Shown here in pieces: positions 38,136 through 46,985 of a stretch of DNA of 64,000 bases. Origin of the DNA: Treponema sp. (GTDB taxonomy: Bacteria > Spirochaetota > Spirochaetia > Treponematales > Breznakiellaceae). The position numbers were made by a program, and so were the translations under genes. The stretch lies in NCBI GenBank assembly GCA_009781635.1, contig WQXU01000005.1, positions 13,443 to 77,442 on the forward strand. Direction: 5' to 3'. The notes beneath the pieces are model-generated. The model was not told the origin of the DNA. It made no database searches and was given only the letters and a program-made list of their open reading frames with translations. How positions within the stretch are numbered: position 1 is the stretch's first letter; every line of letters starts with the position of its first letter.

Positions 38136-39448
38136 TGGAAAAGATACTGATGCTTTTTAAGCTTGGAGTAAAATATCTGCACCGTTACAGGCGCCGCTAT
38201 GCCTTTTTGTTTGCTGCGCTTGTATTTTGTTTTGCGATAGTAACATTTATTACAGCATCCAAGGATAGAATGTATAATAACGTTTACTATTCGGCGCAGT
38301 CGCATTATGCCGGAGATGTTATTGCAGTGGGCTACAATCCGGAGATTCGCAATACGCATCATATCGGAGGAGACGATGTTTCCGTTATTCTGGATGCTGT
38401 AAGGATTTCCGGAATTAACCCAAGGCATACAGTGATTAGAACGCTTTTTGGAAATACAGGCCTTGTATATTTTAACGGAAACGCAGTTGCTCAAAAATAT
38501 ATAATCGGCTGCGATTGGGAAAGCGAAGAACATTTATTTTCCAAAATGGAATTTGCTTCCCCTATAGTATATCCCGTTGGAGATGAGGGTATAATTATTT
38601 CCGCTCCCGTTGCAAGACTGCTGGGCGCAGAAGCGGGAGACAGTATTATTCTGGAAGTTGATAACAGACTTTCCCAAAAAAATACAGGCCGGTTTATTGT
38701 TAAGGGAATTGTCGAAGATTCATCGATATTCGGATATTACAAAATCTATATTTCCAGATTGAGCCTTAACCGCTTGTTACTTTTGGATGATAACGATTGT
38801 TCTACTATTGGTTTCTTTTTTGATAACCGTTACGCCGCTGACAGGTACCGCAGCCGCTTGAATTCTGTATTGTCTTCGATGATGCAGACAGGGCCGCTTG
38901 TTTATGACAGGGAAGGAATGGACAGGGAAACTTCATCGTGGTCATGGGCCGGCTTAAAAGTATTTTTGTATACAATGCCGGTTTACCTTTCTGAAATTTC
39001 CAACTTAATGGAAGCTTTGGAACTAATGACTTATTTTTTATATGGAATGATGCTTATAATCATTCTTGTCAGCGCTGCCGTAACATATCGTCTTATACTT
39101 CATGAGCGGGCAATGGAGATGGGTGTAATGAGAGCAATTGGTTTTTTCGGCGGAGATTTAAGAATGGTTCTCTGGACCGAAGTTGTCATACTTGGCATTA
39201 TTTCCCTCTTTGCGGGGTTCCTGCTTTCGGTTGTTTTCAGTATTGCAGCCTCGTTTATTTCGTTTTCGTGGTTTCCAAGTTTTGAGATATTCCTTAGAAA
39301 CGGAAAACTAACGGCATTGTATTTACCGGGAACAATTATCCCGAATATTATATTAACTTTACTGATTCTTGTTGCAGCTGTGATCATGCCTTCCCTGAGC
39401 GCATCAAAGAAGAATCTGCCATCTCTTTTATCCGGAGAACCATTATGA
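38135..39448 (+). CDS. second FtsX/MacB-type ABC permease
   Basis: Same architecture as the previous gene, with the HERAMEMGVMRAIGF motif. Start and stop overlap the flanking genes. Confidence 0.8.
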   Translation: MEKILMLFKLGVKYLHRYRRRYAFLFAALVFCFAIVTFITASKDRMYNNVYYSAQSHYAGDVIAVGYNPEIRNTHHIGGDDVSVILDAVRISGINPRHTVIRTLFGNTGLVYFNGNAVAQKYIIGCDWESEEHLFSKMEFASPIVYPVGDEGIIISAPVARLLGAEAGDSIILEVDNRLSQKNTGRFIVKGIVEDSSIFGYYKIYISRLSLNRLLLLDDNDCSTIGFFFDNRYAADRYRSRLNSVLSSMMQTGPLVYDREGMDRETSSWSWAGLKVFLYTMPVYLSEISNLMEALELMTYFLYGMMLIIILVSAAVTYRLILHERAMEMGVMRAIGFFGGDLRMVLWTEVVILGIISLFAGFLLSVVFSIAASFISFSWFPSFEIFLRNGKLTALYLPGTIIPNIILTLLILVAAVIMPSLSASKKNLPSLLSGEPL

Positions 39449-40230
39449 TTAAAAAAATATTATTTGTTTTTTTGGCTCTTGTTATTCTGACAGGGCTTTG
39501 GGCAAATCCGGCGCAGCTTCCAAATTCTCCTGATCAGCAATTGCTGGCAAGAGTGGATTCTCTTGTAAGCTACCTTGATACGGATTTTCAGGCAGAGTAT
39601 GTCATTGTGCAGGACAGGCCGGGGCAGGCGCGCTCCACAACTGTCGCAGGTGTTTTCCGCAGAGATTCCAGAGAGCAGTATGTAATTGTAATTATGGAAC
39701 CGCTAATCAGCAGGGGGCAGGGCTATCTTAGACAGGGGAATACCCTGTGGTTTTACGATCCAGAGAGCCGCAGGTTTAATACAACCGCAAGCGCAAACCG
39801 TTTTCAAAATACCAATGCTAGAAATTCCGATTTTACACGTTCCACCCTTGCTCAGGATTACAGGGTGGTATCCGGTGAGAATGCGCAGCTTGGGCGTTTT
39901 AATTGCCGGGTATTAACATTGGAAGCAATTACAACAGAAGTAACCTACCCAAGAATGAAAGTGTGGATAAGCGAAGATAATCTGCTGCGTAAAACAGAAG
40001 ATTACAGTCTTTCAGGGCAGCTTCTGCGCACATCTGTAATTCCTGATTATTACAATATAGGCGGCCGTTTTGTTCCAAGACAGATTTTATTTGTGGATGA
40101 ACTATTGGGCGCTGTAATAAACGGAACATTTGTAAATGAAAGGACGCAGGTTATAATAAACAGACCCTCGTTCGGCAGAATAGCCGATTCAGTTTTTTCT
40201 CTGACATTTTTGGAAACAGTTAACGAATGA
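39445..40230 (+). CDS. LolA-like outer-membrane lipoprotein-sorting protein family (tentative)
   Basis: Signal peptide, ~260 aa. The pattern QGNTLWFYDPESRR is typical of the LolA_like/DUF4367-type half-barrel. It is translationally coupled to the ABC permease. Confidence 0.55.
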   Translation: MIKKILFVFLALVILTGLWANPAQLPNSPDQQLLARVDSLVSYLDTDFQAEYVIVQDRPGQARSTTVAGVFRRDSREQYVIVIMEPLISRGQGYLRQGNTLWFYDPESRRFNTTASANRFQNTNARNSDFTRSTLAQDYRVVSGENAQLGRFNCRVLTLEAITTEVTYPRMKVWISEDNLLRKTEDYSLSGQLLRTSVIPDYYNIGGRFVPRQILFVDELLGAVINGTFVNERTQVIINRPSFGRIADSVFSLTFLETVNE

Positions 40231-41654
40231 AATACTTCCCGTTATTTTTTTTGCTGATAATTATCCCGTTTGCTTCTATTGCAGCTATGGATTTACTTGA
40301 TATAGATATTAATGACCTCGATTCCATTTTTGGAGAACAGCCGGATGAAACGCCTGTAACAGAGACGCCGCCGCCAACAACACAAACTCCAACAACGCCT
40401 CCGCGGACTACAACCCCGCCGGCTTCAACTCCTGTGCTTCGCAATGTAAGAACCCGCGGCATAGAGCTTACAGCTTCTTATTTATTCAGGGGAGCGATTA
40501 ATCCGGGATGGGAAGAATATCCATGGGAACTCGACGGCAGTGAACATTTTTCCTGGGCTATCGGTTCTTTAATGCGTTCAACATTCGGTATAAATGCAAG
40601 AATATCGGAAGCGTTCCGTGTAAGAAGCGTTTTAAGATTTCAAGTTCCCAGCACCAGCGTTTCAACAAGGTATACGACAACTTCCGGAGGCAGCCATACC
40701 CACAGTAATCCGGGGACAAATTCTGCCGGAAGCCACACTCATAATGTTACGACGATCCAATACCCGATTTTTACGCTGGAAGATTTCTTTTTTGATTATA
40801 ATTTTTCTGACAAGGTTTTTCTCCGCGCCGGAAAATTTATACAGGCATGGGGAATTTCAAGTACCTTTAATTTTACAAATCTTCTGGCGAGAATACCTGT
40901 TCAGCAACCCCGTCCAGCTCCCACATCCAATGGGCCTTCATATATAGCAAAATTTGATATTCCAATCGGCGTTGGCGGCCTTCAGCTTCTTGCTTTAACA
41001 AGAGTAAATCTTATTAATAACGAAACTCCTACCCGCGATTTTATCGGATACGGAGCAAAATATAATCTGGCCCTGCCCTGGGCTGATTTTACAGTAGGCG
41101 CTTATGATCAGAACTTTATGGCTACGCGCGGCTTCTTCTCTGCGAAGACCACAGTTTTTGATACTGAACTATTCAGCGAATGGCTTGTTGCAGAGAATAA
41201 CCATACAGACGGTTCCATTAAGATTGCCTACAGTCTTGGTTTTGTAAAAAGTTTTTTTGATAATAAACTGGACATAAACGCAGAATTTTTCTACAACGGA
41301 GAGGAGAGTACAGAATACTTCAGACCGGAAGATGATTTTAGAAGAATGGACATTACTCCCTTTCCTGAAGGATTCAATTATGCATTGGGCCTTCTTTACA
41401 GAGGCAGCGGAAAATGGAACCCGCGTTATTTTACAAGGCTTCGTTACGGTGAAGAATCATTCAGTCTTATTCCGGGCCTAAGACTAACCCCCTACCCAAA
41501 TACAGAAGTTTACTTTGCAGTGCCAATCGCCCTCGGAAACAAAGACGGCGTTTACTATAAAGACTCAAAAAATGTCAAAGGCGAGATTCGCCCTTTCAGC
41601 GTAGTATTGCAGGTAACCTTCAGAGGCAGCGTCAGGGTCAGCCATTATTATTAA
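40227..41654 (+). CDS. putative outer-membrane protein with N-terminal Pro/Thr-rich linker and a duplicated G-S-H-T-H motif
   Basis: Signal peptide, PPPTTQTPTTPPRTTTPPASTP linker, beta-rich body and aromatic C-terminus (RVSHYY). It overlaps the upstream gene by 4 nt. Confidence 0.5.
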   Translation: MKYFPLFFLLIIIPFASIAAMDLLDIDINDLDSIFGEQPDETPVTETPPPTTQTPTTPPRTTTPPASTPVLRNVRTRGIELTASYLFRGAINPGWEEYPWELDGSEHFSWAIGSLMRSTFGINARISEAFRVRSVLRFQVPSTSVSTRYTTTSGGSHTHSNPGTNSAGSHTHNVTTIQYPIFTLEDFFFDYNFSDKVFLRAGKFIQAWGISSTFNFTNLLARIPVQQPRPAPTSNGPSYIAKFDIPIGVGGLQLLALTRVNLINNETPTRDFIGYGAKYNLALPWADFTVGAYDQNFMATRGFFSAKTTVFDTELFSEWLVAENNHTDGSIKIAYSLGFVKSFFDNKLDINAEFFYNGEESTEYFRPEDDFRRMDITPFPEGFNYALGLLYRGSGKWNPRYFTRLRYGEESFSLIPGLRLTPYPNTEVYFAVPIALGNKDGVYYKDSKNVKGEIRPFSVVLQVTFRGSVRVSHYY

Positions 41655-41685
41655 ATTTTCCTGAAAGTTTTTATAACATATATTT

Positions 41686-43026
41686 TTAAGCTCTGTTAAT
41701 ATTTCCAATTGCATATAAAGGGTAAATGTCGATATTTCCGCGGCGGCCGAAGTTTTCAAGGGATGTGCGTATACCTCTTTCAATTTGTTTTTCTTTCATA
41801 AATAATTGCAGACTTTGCATGCCGCCCTGTGTTCCCGATTTAACTTCTATGGGGATTATATTTGATCCCTTTTGTATAAGGAAGTCTATCTGGGCGCTGC
41901 CGTGCTGTGAACCGGGATTAGCCGAACGCTGCCAGCAGAATAATTCCTGTTGTTTATAACAGGAGGCAGCTTTAATTAATTCCAACCCTGAAAAAATTTC
42001 CGCTAAGGAACCGCGGTTAACAGCATAAAAATCGGCAGCTATAAGTATTTCCGAACGAAGACCAAGTGATTGCAGAAATATACCTGTGTCACAGGGAATT
42101 ATTCTGCGGAATTTAGAATTTTTTTCCGCTCCAAGTGGAATCCCGTTAGCGGCAGTATGTGTAACAGAATGAACCAGTCCTGTCATAATAAGAATATCAA
42201 GCGCCTGTCTTACCGCTGCAGCAGGATTGCCTGAAGCTGCGCGTTCGTAAACAAATTTTCCTTCGGCCTGGCGCATAACTGAATCAAAAACTTCATTTAT
42301 AAGCAGATAAGGCGTAAGCTTGCTGTATTTGGCAAAATCAGATTTGAGCATGGTAATAAGATCATTTAAAACCATTTCACCATTGAGTAAATCTTTTTTT
42401 TGCACATATCTGGAAACCGCTTCCGGCATTCCGCCGCATATTAAAAATGTTTTAAGCCGTTTTAATAGTATGTCGTGAATTGGATCGATAAGAGGTTTTT
42501 CCGGAGATGCTTTTATTATTTCTTGTGCAAAGTCTTCCTCATTTAATGCGGCAAGAAATTCATTAAATGCAAAGGGATACATAAAAAGAGAGCGAATTCG
42601 TCCAACGCCGAATGCTGGTATTTCTTCAAGGGCAAATTCCAAAAGAGAGCCTGCTGCCGCTACATGGAGTTCTGCATATTTCTCGTAAAAATACCGGAGT
42701 TTCATAATTGCCGGCGGGCAGCTTTGAATCTCGTCAAGGAAAAGCAATGTTTCGCCGGGAATTACCGGCGTATGGAAAATAAGCGCCAGGCTTTCGCATA
42801 TCTCCTGCGGTGAAGATGATGAATCAAATAAATTGTAAAGTTCTTTTTTCTCTTCAAAGTTAATCTCAATATAGTATTTAAATTGCCGCCCTAACTGTCT
42901 TATTGCCGATGATTTCCCTACCTGCCTTGCTCCGCGCAGGAGCAAAGGTTTTCTGTCAGATGGCGTATCCCTGCTCCAGTCAAGAAGTGTTTTGTCGATA
43001 TTTCGCTTAAAATATTGATTTTCCAT
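41686..43026 (-). CDS. AAA ATPase with C-terminal DUF4143 domain
   Basis: The ATG at 43026 (MENQYFKRNID) is preferred over the TTG at 43050. Walker A GARQVGKSS, Walker B LLFLDEIQ. The C-terminal region (IDFLIQKGSNIIPIEVKSG) is typical of the DUF4143 restriction-endonuclease-like module. Confidence 0.8.
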   Translation of the reverse strand: MENQYFKRNIDKTLLDWSRDTPSDRKPLLLRGARQVGKSSAIRQLGRQFKYYIEINFEEKKELYNLFDSSSSPQEICESLALIFHTPVIPGETLLFLDEIQSCPPAIMKLRYFYEKYAELHVAAAGSLLEFALEEIPAFGVGRIRSLFMYPFAFNEFLAALNEEDFAQEIIKASPEKPLIDPIHDILLKRLKTFLICGGMPEAVSRYVQKKDLLNGEMVLNDLITMLKSDFAKYSKLTPYLLINEVFDSVMRQAEGKFVYERAASGNPAAAVRQALDILIMTGLVHSVTHTAANGIPLGAEKNSKFRRIIPCDTGIFLQSLGLRSEILIAADFYAVNRGSLAEIFSGLELIKAASCYKQQELFCWQRSANPGSQHGSAQIDFLIQKGSNIIPIEVKSGTQGGMQSLQLFMKEKQIERGIRTSLENFGRRGNIDIYPLYAIGNINRA

Positions 43027-43060
43027 GTTATCCTGTTCTTTTAATGGCAAATATTTTAGT

Positions 43061-43173
43061 ACCCAAAAACATCATTAATTCTAACAAAATGTAGGGCAAA
43101 AAACAAGCGTTTTATAATAAAATGGAACCCAAAAAATGGGCGAATTCTAACAAAATGGAAGGCAAAAAAAACA
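43061..43173 (-). repeat. two imperfect ~45-nt direct repeats (period 66 nt), each promoter-like on the minus strand
   Basis: 43061-43105 is acccaaaaacatcattaattctaacaaaatgtagggcaaaaaaca. 43127-43173 is acccaaaaaatgggcgaattctaacaaaatggaaggcaaaaaaaaca. The minus strand of copy 1 reads TTGTTT-N17-TAGAAT about 50 nt upstream of the ATPase start. Confidence 0.7.
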
Positions 43174-43253
43174 GGCAGCCTTGTTCTTGCTTAAATCAGA
43201 GTTGTTCATATCCCTCATTCTAATCATTCTCCTACCACAAAACATTGACAAAA

Positions 43254-43292
43254 ATGATTAGAATGATTAGAATGATTAGAATGATTAGAATG
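43254..43292 (+). repeat. 9-bp tandem repeat (atgattaga) x4.3 in the promoter/5-prime UTR of the AlbA_2 gene
   Basis: A perfect tandem array spans 43254-43292. TTGACA at 43245-43250 is 17 nt from the repeat-borne TAGAAT at 43268-43273. The inverted partial copy cattctaatcattc lies at 43216-43229. AGGAG and the ATG follow. Confidence 0.85.
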
Positions 43293-43304
43293 TAGGAGAA
43301 TAAA

Positions 43305-44624
43305 ATGGCTTTAGATATGAAACGTGTAGAAGATCTTACTACCGAGTTTAAGCGCGAATATACAGAGGAAATAAAAAAGACCATCATAGCTTTTGCCAAT
43401 ACTGCAGGCGGGACGCTTTTTATAGGTATAGATGATAATAAATCGATAGTCGGTGTGGATAACCCTGATGATACCCTGCTTAAAATAAACAATTCGATAC
43501 GATCCGCAATTAAGCCGGATGTTTCCTTGTTTGTTGATTGCAAAATAGAAAAAGTAAAGAAGGCTGTAATTATAGTTATAACCGTTCAAAGGGGAACCTT
43601 ATGCCCGTATTATCTGGCAGGCAAGGGTATTCGTCCTGAAGGAATATATGTCAGGTATGGAGCAGCATCGGTTCCGGCTACTGAGACAGCAATTCTTAAC
43701 ATGATTAAAGAAACCGACGGAGAGAAGTATGAGGATGTAAGGTCCCTTAACCAGGATTTAACATTTATTGAAACCGGAAAGTTTTTTAAGGCAGAAGATA
43801 TTCCTTTTGAGCAAAATCAGCAGAAGACACTCTGCTTGCAAACTACAGACGGCGTATATACAAATCTGGGACTTTTGCTTTCCGAGCAATCTGTGCATAC
43901 TGTGAAACTGGCTGTTTTTGAGGGGTTCGATAAGGAAGTTTTTAAAGATAGAAGGGAATTTTCAGGTTCTCTTTTAAAACAACTGGAAGATACTAATGCC
44001 ATACTGGATATATACAATCGTAATCATGCTAAGGTGAAGGGGCTTTACCGGGAGGATCAGCGTGATTATCCGGAGGATGCTCTGCGGGAGGCTCTTCTAA
44101 ACGCACTGGTTCACCGGGATTATGCTTTCTCCAGCAGTACGCTTATCAGTATATTTGATGATCGCATTGAGTTCGTTTCCATAGGCGGTTTACCTAAAGG
44201 TGTTTCTCTTAATGATATAATGCTGGGCATTTCCGTCCCCAGGAATGAAAATCTTGCGAATGTATTTTACAGGCTTCGCCTGATTGAAGCTTATGGTACA
44301 GGTATACCGAAAATCATGCGCAGTTATACCGGCAATACAAGAAAACCGGAATTACAAGCCACTGATAATGCATTTAAGATTACATTGCCGAATAGGAACA
44401 CCCTCAGTCAAAAGCAAGTTAAAAATAAAGCTCACTTTACAATGAGTGAGGAAAAAATAATCGCCTTGTTGAATGAACATAATGAAATAGTCAGAAAGGA
44501 TGTGGAAGATGCCTTGCTTATTTCTCAGGCTATGGCAGTACGGCATTTGCGCGGGTTGGCAGATAAGGGATTAATCCAGGTTGTTGGAGAAGGAAAAAAA
44601 ACCCGTTATAGGAAAACCCCATAA
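43305..44624 (+). CDS. AlbA_2 (Schlafen-like) plus HATPase_c_4 plus C-terminal wHTH protein
   Basis: The N-terminal TEFKREYTEEIKKTIIAFANTAGGTLFIGIDD fits the AlbA_2 pattern. The middle region has REALLNALVHRDY...IEAYGTGIPKI (HATPase_c_4-like). The C-terminal VRKDVEDALLISQAMAVRHLRGLADKGLI fits a wHTH. Confidence 0.75.
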   Translation: MALDMKRVEDLTTEFKREYTEEIKKTIIAFANTAGGTLFIGIDDNKSIVGVDNPDDTLLKINNSIRSAIKPDVSLFVDCKIEKVKKAVIIVITVQRGTLCPYYLAGKGIRPEGIYVRYGAASVPATETAILNMIKETDGEKYEDVRSLNQDLTFIETGKFFKAEDIPFEQNQQKTLCLQTTDGVYTNLGLLLSEQSVHTVKLAVFEGFDKEVFKDRREFSGSLLKQLEDTNAILDIYNRNHAKVKGLYREDQRDYPEDALREALLNALVHRDYAFSSSTLISIFDDRIEFVSIGGLPKGVSLNDIMLGISVPRNENLANVFYRLRLIEAYGTGIPKIMRSYTGNTRKPELQATDNAFKITLPNRNTLSQKQVKNKAHFTMSEEKIIALLNEHNEIVRKDVEDALLISQAMAVRHLRGLADKGLIQVVGEGKKTRYRKTP

Positions 44625-44722
44625 CCTCTGTATTACAGCCATGCAGGTGAAAAACAACGCTCACTTATCTTTGTACGATTTGGAGTGTGATTCCAAATTA
44701 TACAAAGACAGCTAACATAGCG

Positions 44723-44758
44723 GCGCCGTACTTTGCCTAAAAGGCGAACATACGGCGC
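44723..44758. terminator. long imperfect hairpin between convergent genes
   Basis: The outer stem is gcgccgta...tacggcgc (8 bp) and the inner stem is ttgcc-taaaa-ggcgaa. It lies in the 185-nt gap between 43305-44624 (+) and 44810-45022 (-). T-runs are weak. Confidence 0.35.
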
Positions 44759-44809
44759 TCTTGAGTGAAGCAGTGTCTATTCCTGTTTGGGAAATATAAG
44801 TCTGAATAA

Positions 44810-45022
44810 CTAACCCAATTCAGCAAGGGTAGTGATTGCCTGAGCCCACCTGACATACTTTAGTTTGGCAAGATCCTTGATGGTTTTTACATTAAATGCC
44901 TCTTTTAATTTAACTGCATCACCTTCGCTTAATCCCTGAAGAGCGGCAACCGGCGCATCGGCCAGTTCCTTGAATGACATTTTCTCGTAGGCCTTGTCTA
45001 AGGCTTTGTCAATTTGCATCAT
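44810..45022 (-). CDS. 70-aa hypothetical protein, helix-hairpin-helix-like
   Basis: Short helical ORF (FKELADAPVAALQGLSEGDAVKLKEAFNVKTIKDLAKL) with an AGGAG-like site upstream. I do not recognise a family. Confidence 0.45.
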   Translation of the reverse strand: MMQIDKALDKAYEKMSFKELADAPVAALQGLSEGDAVKLKEAFNVKTIKDLAKLKYVRWAQAITTLAELG

Positions 45023-45222
45023 AATAAAACTCCTTTTGCATAATAAATTTAAAGGGTGAACCCTTCTTCATTTTATTGTAAATGCGTTTTTCCGGATCTG
45101 TCAAGGAAAAGTTAATATATATAGTTAACCGGTTTAAAAGGAAATGTTTTAAATTATTAGAAATAGCATTTAATGCAGCTTGTCATATTGATTTTTTTTT
45201 AGTTATATGCTAATATTAAAAT

Positions 45223-45534
45223 ATGGCAGAACCAGCAGAAAGAAGAAAAGTATATCTTAAAAGAAAGAAAGCGGGCTTGTGTCCCCGCTGCGGCGGAAAA
45301 GTAAAAAAATCCAGCAAATATAAAATGTGCGATGCTTGCCGGGAATATTTCAGGAACTATAATATCGAAATATCCGATAGTCAAAATGAAGCAAAAAGGG
45401 AGCGGTACGCTTTATTAAAGGCGAAAAACTGCTGCCCCCGCTGCGGTATTAAATTAGGCAAAAGGTCGAAAAATACCATTTGCCAGCCGTGCCTCGACAA
45501 GCAATATAGGTATAACACCGGTAAAAAGAGATAA
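45223..45534 (+). CDS. 103-aa basic protein with two CPRCG...C..C zinc-ribbon repeats
   Basis: There is an internal duplication: CPRCGGKVKKSSKYKMCDACREYFRNYN and CPRCGIKLGKRSKNTICQPCLDKQYRYN. The protein is very Lys/Arg-rich. Confidence 0.5.
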   Translation: MAEPAERRKVYLKRKKAGLCPRCGGKVKKSSKYKMCDACREYFRNYNIEISDSQNEAKRERYALLKAKNCCPRCGIKLGKRSKNTICQPCLDKQYRYNTGKKR

Positions 45535-45538
45535 AAAA

Positions 45539-45575
45539 AGCTGCCCGGGAATTACTTCCAGGACAGCTCTTATTT
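45539..45575. terminator. bidirectional terminator-like hairpin between the Zn-ribbon gene and xylA
   Basis: An A-run is followed by agctgcccggg-aattactt-ccaggacagct (11-nt arms, 2 mismatches) and then cttattt. Confidence 0.45.
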
Positions 45576-45616
45576 ACCCCCGTCCGGCCATCATGACCAG
45601 CGGAGGCATAGAACTT

Positions 45617-46966
45617 TTACAGCCCAAGCAAATAACTGTTCAATATATTTTCCAGGTACTCCTGCTTGCCGCTTGTAATTCCCGTTTTGCCGTAGCCGGC
45701 GTCTGTTCCAAGTTTCGAAAGCTGATCAAGCGTAAGTTCGCCCTTGCAGAATTTTGCGCCGTCTCCGCTGGAGAAAGATGCATAACGATCCCTTACAAAG
45801 TTTGGAATAATGCCGTCATCAATAATGCGCTGAGCAGCCTGGAGTCCGACTGCGAATGCATCCATGCCGCCAATGTGAGCGACAAAGAGATCTGCAGGGT
45901 CTACGGAGTTTCTGCGAATTTTTGAATCAAAGTTAAGGCCGCCGCAGGTGAATCCGCCGATTTTCAGGATTGTGTACATTGCCATTGTCGTTTCATAGTA
46001 ACTCATCGGGAACTGGTCTGTGTCCCAGCCGTTCATCATGTCGCCGCGGTTTGCATCTACAGAGCCGAAGAAACCGTTAACAGCTGCTGTTTCAAGTTCG
46101 TGCGCAAAATCGTGACCTGCAAGTTCTGCGTGGTTGGCCTCAATGTTCATGCGGAAATCTTTATCCAGTCCGTAGTGCCGCAAAAAGCCAATGACAGTTT
46201 CAGTATCAAAATCATACTGATGTTTTGACGGCTCCATTGGTTTGGGCTCGATATAAAATACGCCCTTGTATCCCTGTTTGCGGGCGTAATCTCTTGCCAT
46301 AACAAGGAAGCGGCCCATATTGTCTTTTTCTTTTTTGAGGTCTGTGTTAAGAAGGCTCATATAACCTTCGCGCCCGCCCCAGAAAGTATAGCCCTCTCCG
46401 CCAAGTTCAATAGTTGCGTCAATCGCGGCCTTCACCTGGGTTGCAGCAAGAGCAACAACGCCGAACTCGGGATTGGTCGCCGCACCGTTCATAAAGCGCG
46501 GATTACTAAAGCAGTTAGCTGTTCCCCAAAGAAGTTTAACACCTGTTTCGCCCTGGAGTTTTTTTGCCTTTGCAACCAGGGTAGAAAGATTTTTTTCGCT
46601 TTCGGCGGGATTCGCGCCTTCGGGAGCCATGTCCCTGTCATGGAAAGCATAATAATCTGCGCCTATTTTTGTAAAAAATTCAAAAGCGGCGTCCATTTTT
46701 TTATCAGCAGCATCCATTTCATCTTTTGCGCCCTCGTTCCAGGGGAAAAGGATAGTGGCCGAGCCAAAGGGATCAGCGCCGCTGCCGCAAAAACTGTGCC
46801 AGTAGGCGATTGCGAAACGAAGATGATCTTTCATCTTTTTTCCGCCGATAACTTTATCAGCGTCATAATACTTGAACGCCAGAGGGTTCTTGCTCTTTGG
46901 TCCTTCGTACTTGATTTTTTGGATTCCGGGGAAATACTCTTTTGCCCCCACGAAATATTCTGCCAT
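45617..46966 (-). CDS. xylA: xylose isomerase
   Basis: [18 protein letters not shown]...[13 protein letters not shown]...FHDRD...[16 protein letters not shown] are classic class II XylA motifs. Confidence 0.95.
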   Translation of the reverse strand: MAEYFVGAKEYFPGIQKIKYEGPKSKNPLAFKYYDADKVIGGKKMKDHLRFAIAYWHSFCGSGADPFGSATILFPWNEGAKDEMDAADKKMDAAFEFFTKIGADYYAFHDRDMAPEGANPAESEKNLSTLVAKAKKLQGETGVKLLWGTANCFSNPRFMNGAATNPEFGVVALAATQVKAAIDATIELGGEGYTFWGGREGYMSLLNTDLKKEKDNMGRFLVMARDYARKQGYKGVFYIEPKPMEPSKHQYDFDTETVIGFLRHYGLDKDFRMNIEANHAELAGHDFAHELETAAVNGFFGSVDANRGDMMNGWDTDQFPMSYYETTMAMYTILKIGGFTCGGLNFDSKIRRNSVDPADLFVAHIGGMDAFAVGLQAAQRIIDDGIIPNFVRDRYASFSSGDGAKFCKGELTLDQLSKLGTDAGYGKTGITSGKQEYLENILNSYLLGL

Positions 46967-46985
46967 AACAGCCTCCGTAATAATA

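Noticed and set aside
40220-40462. 80-aa Gly/Val-rich minus-strand ORF
   Set aside because: It is the reverse-complement shadow of the Pro/Thr-rich linker coding region of the plus-strand outer-membrane protein gene.
43254-43292. Possible CRISPR-like or minisatellite array
   Set aside because: The units are only 9 bp and strictly contiguous with no spacers. No cas genes are in the window. The array is better explained as a promoter/operator tandem repeat.
44625-44809. Possible tRNA or small structured RNA in the 185-nt gap
   Set aside because: No cloverleaf or conserved T-loop/anticodon features were visible. The single long hairpin is adequately explained as a terminator between convergent genes.
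41686-45534. Integrated mobile element or prophage remnant
   Set aside because: No integrase, transposase, tRNA attachment site or flanking direct repeats could be found by eye. It remains an 'island' only in the sense of gene content.
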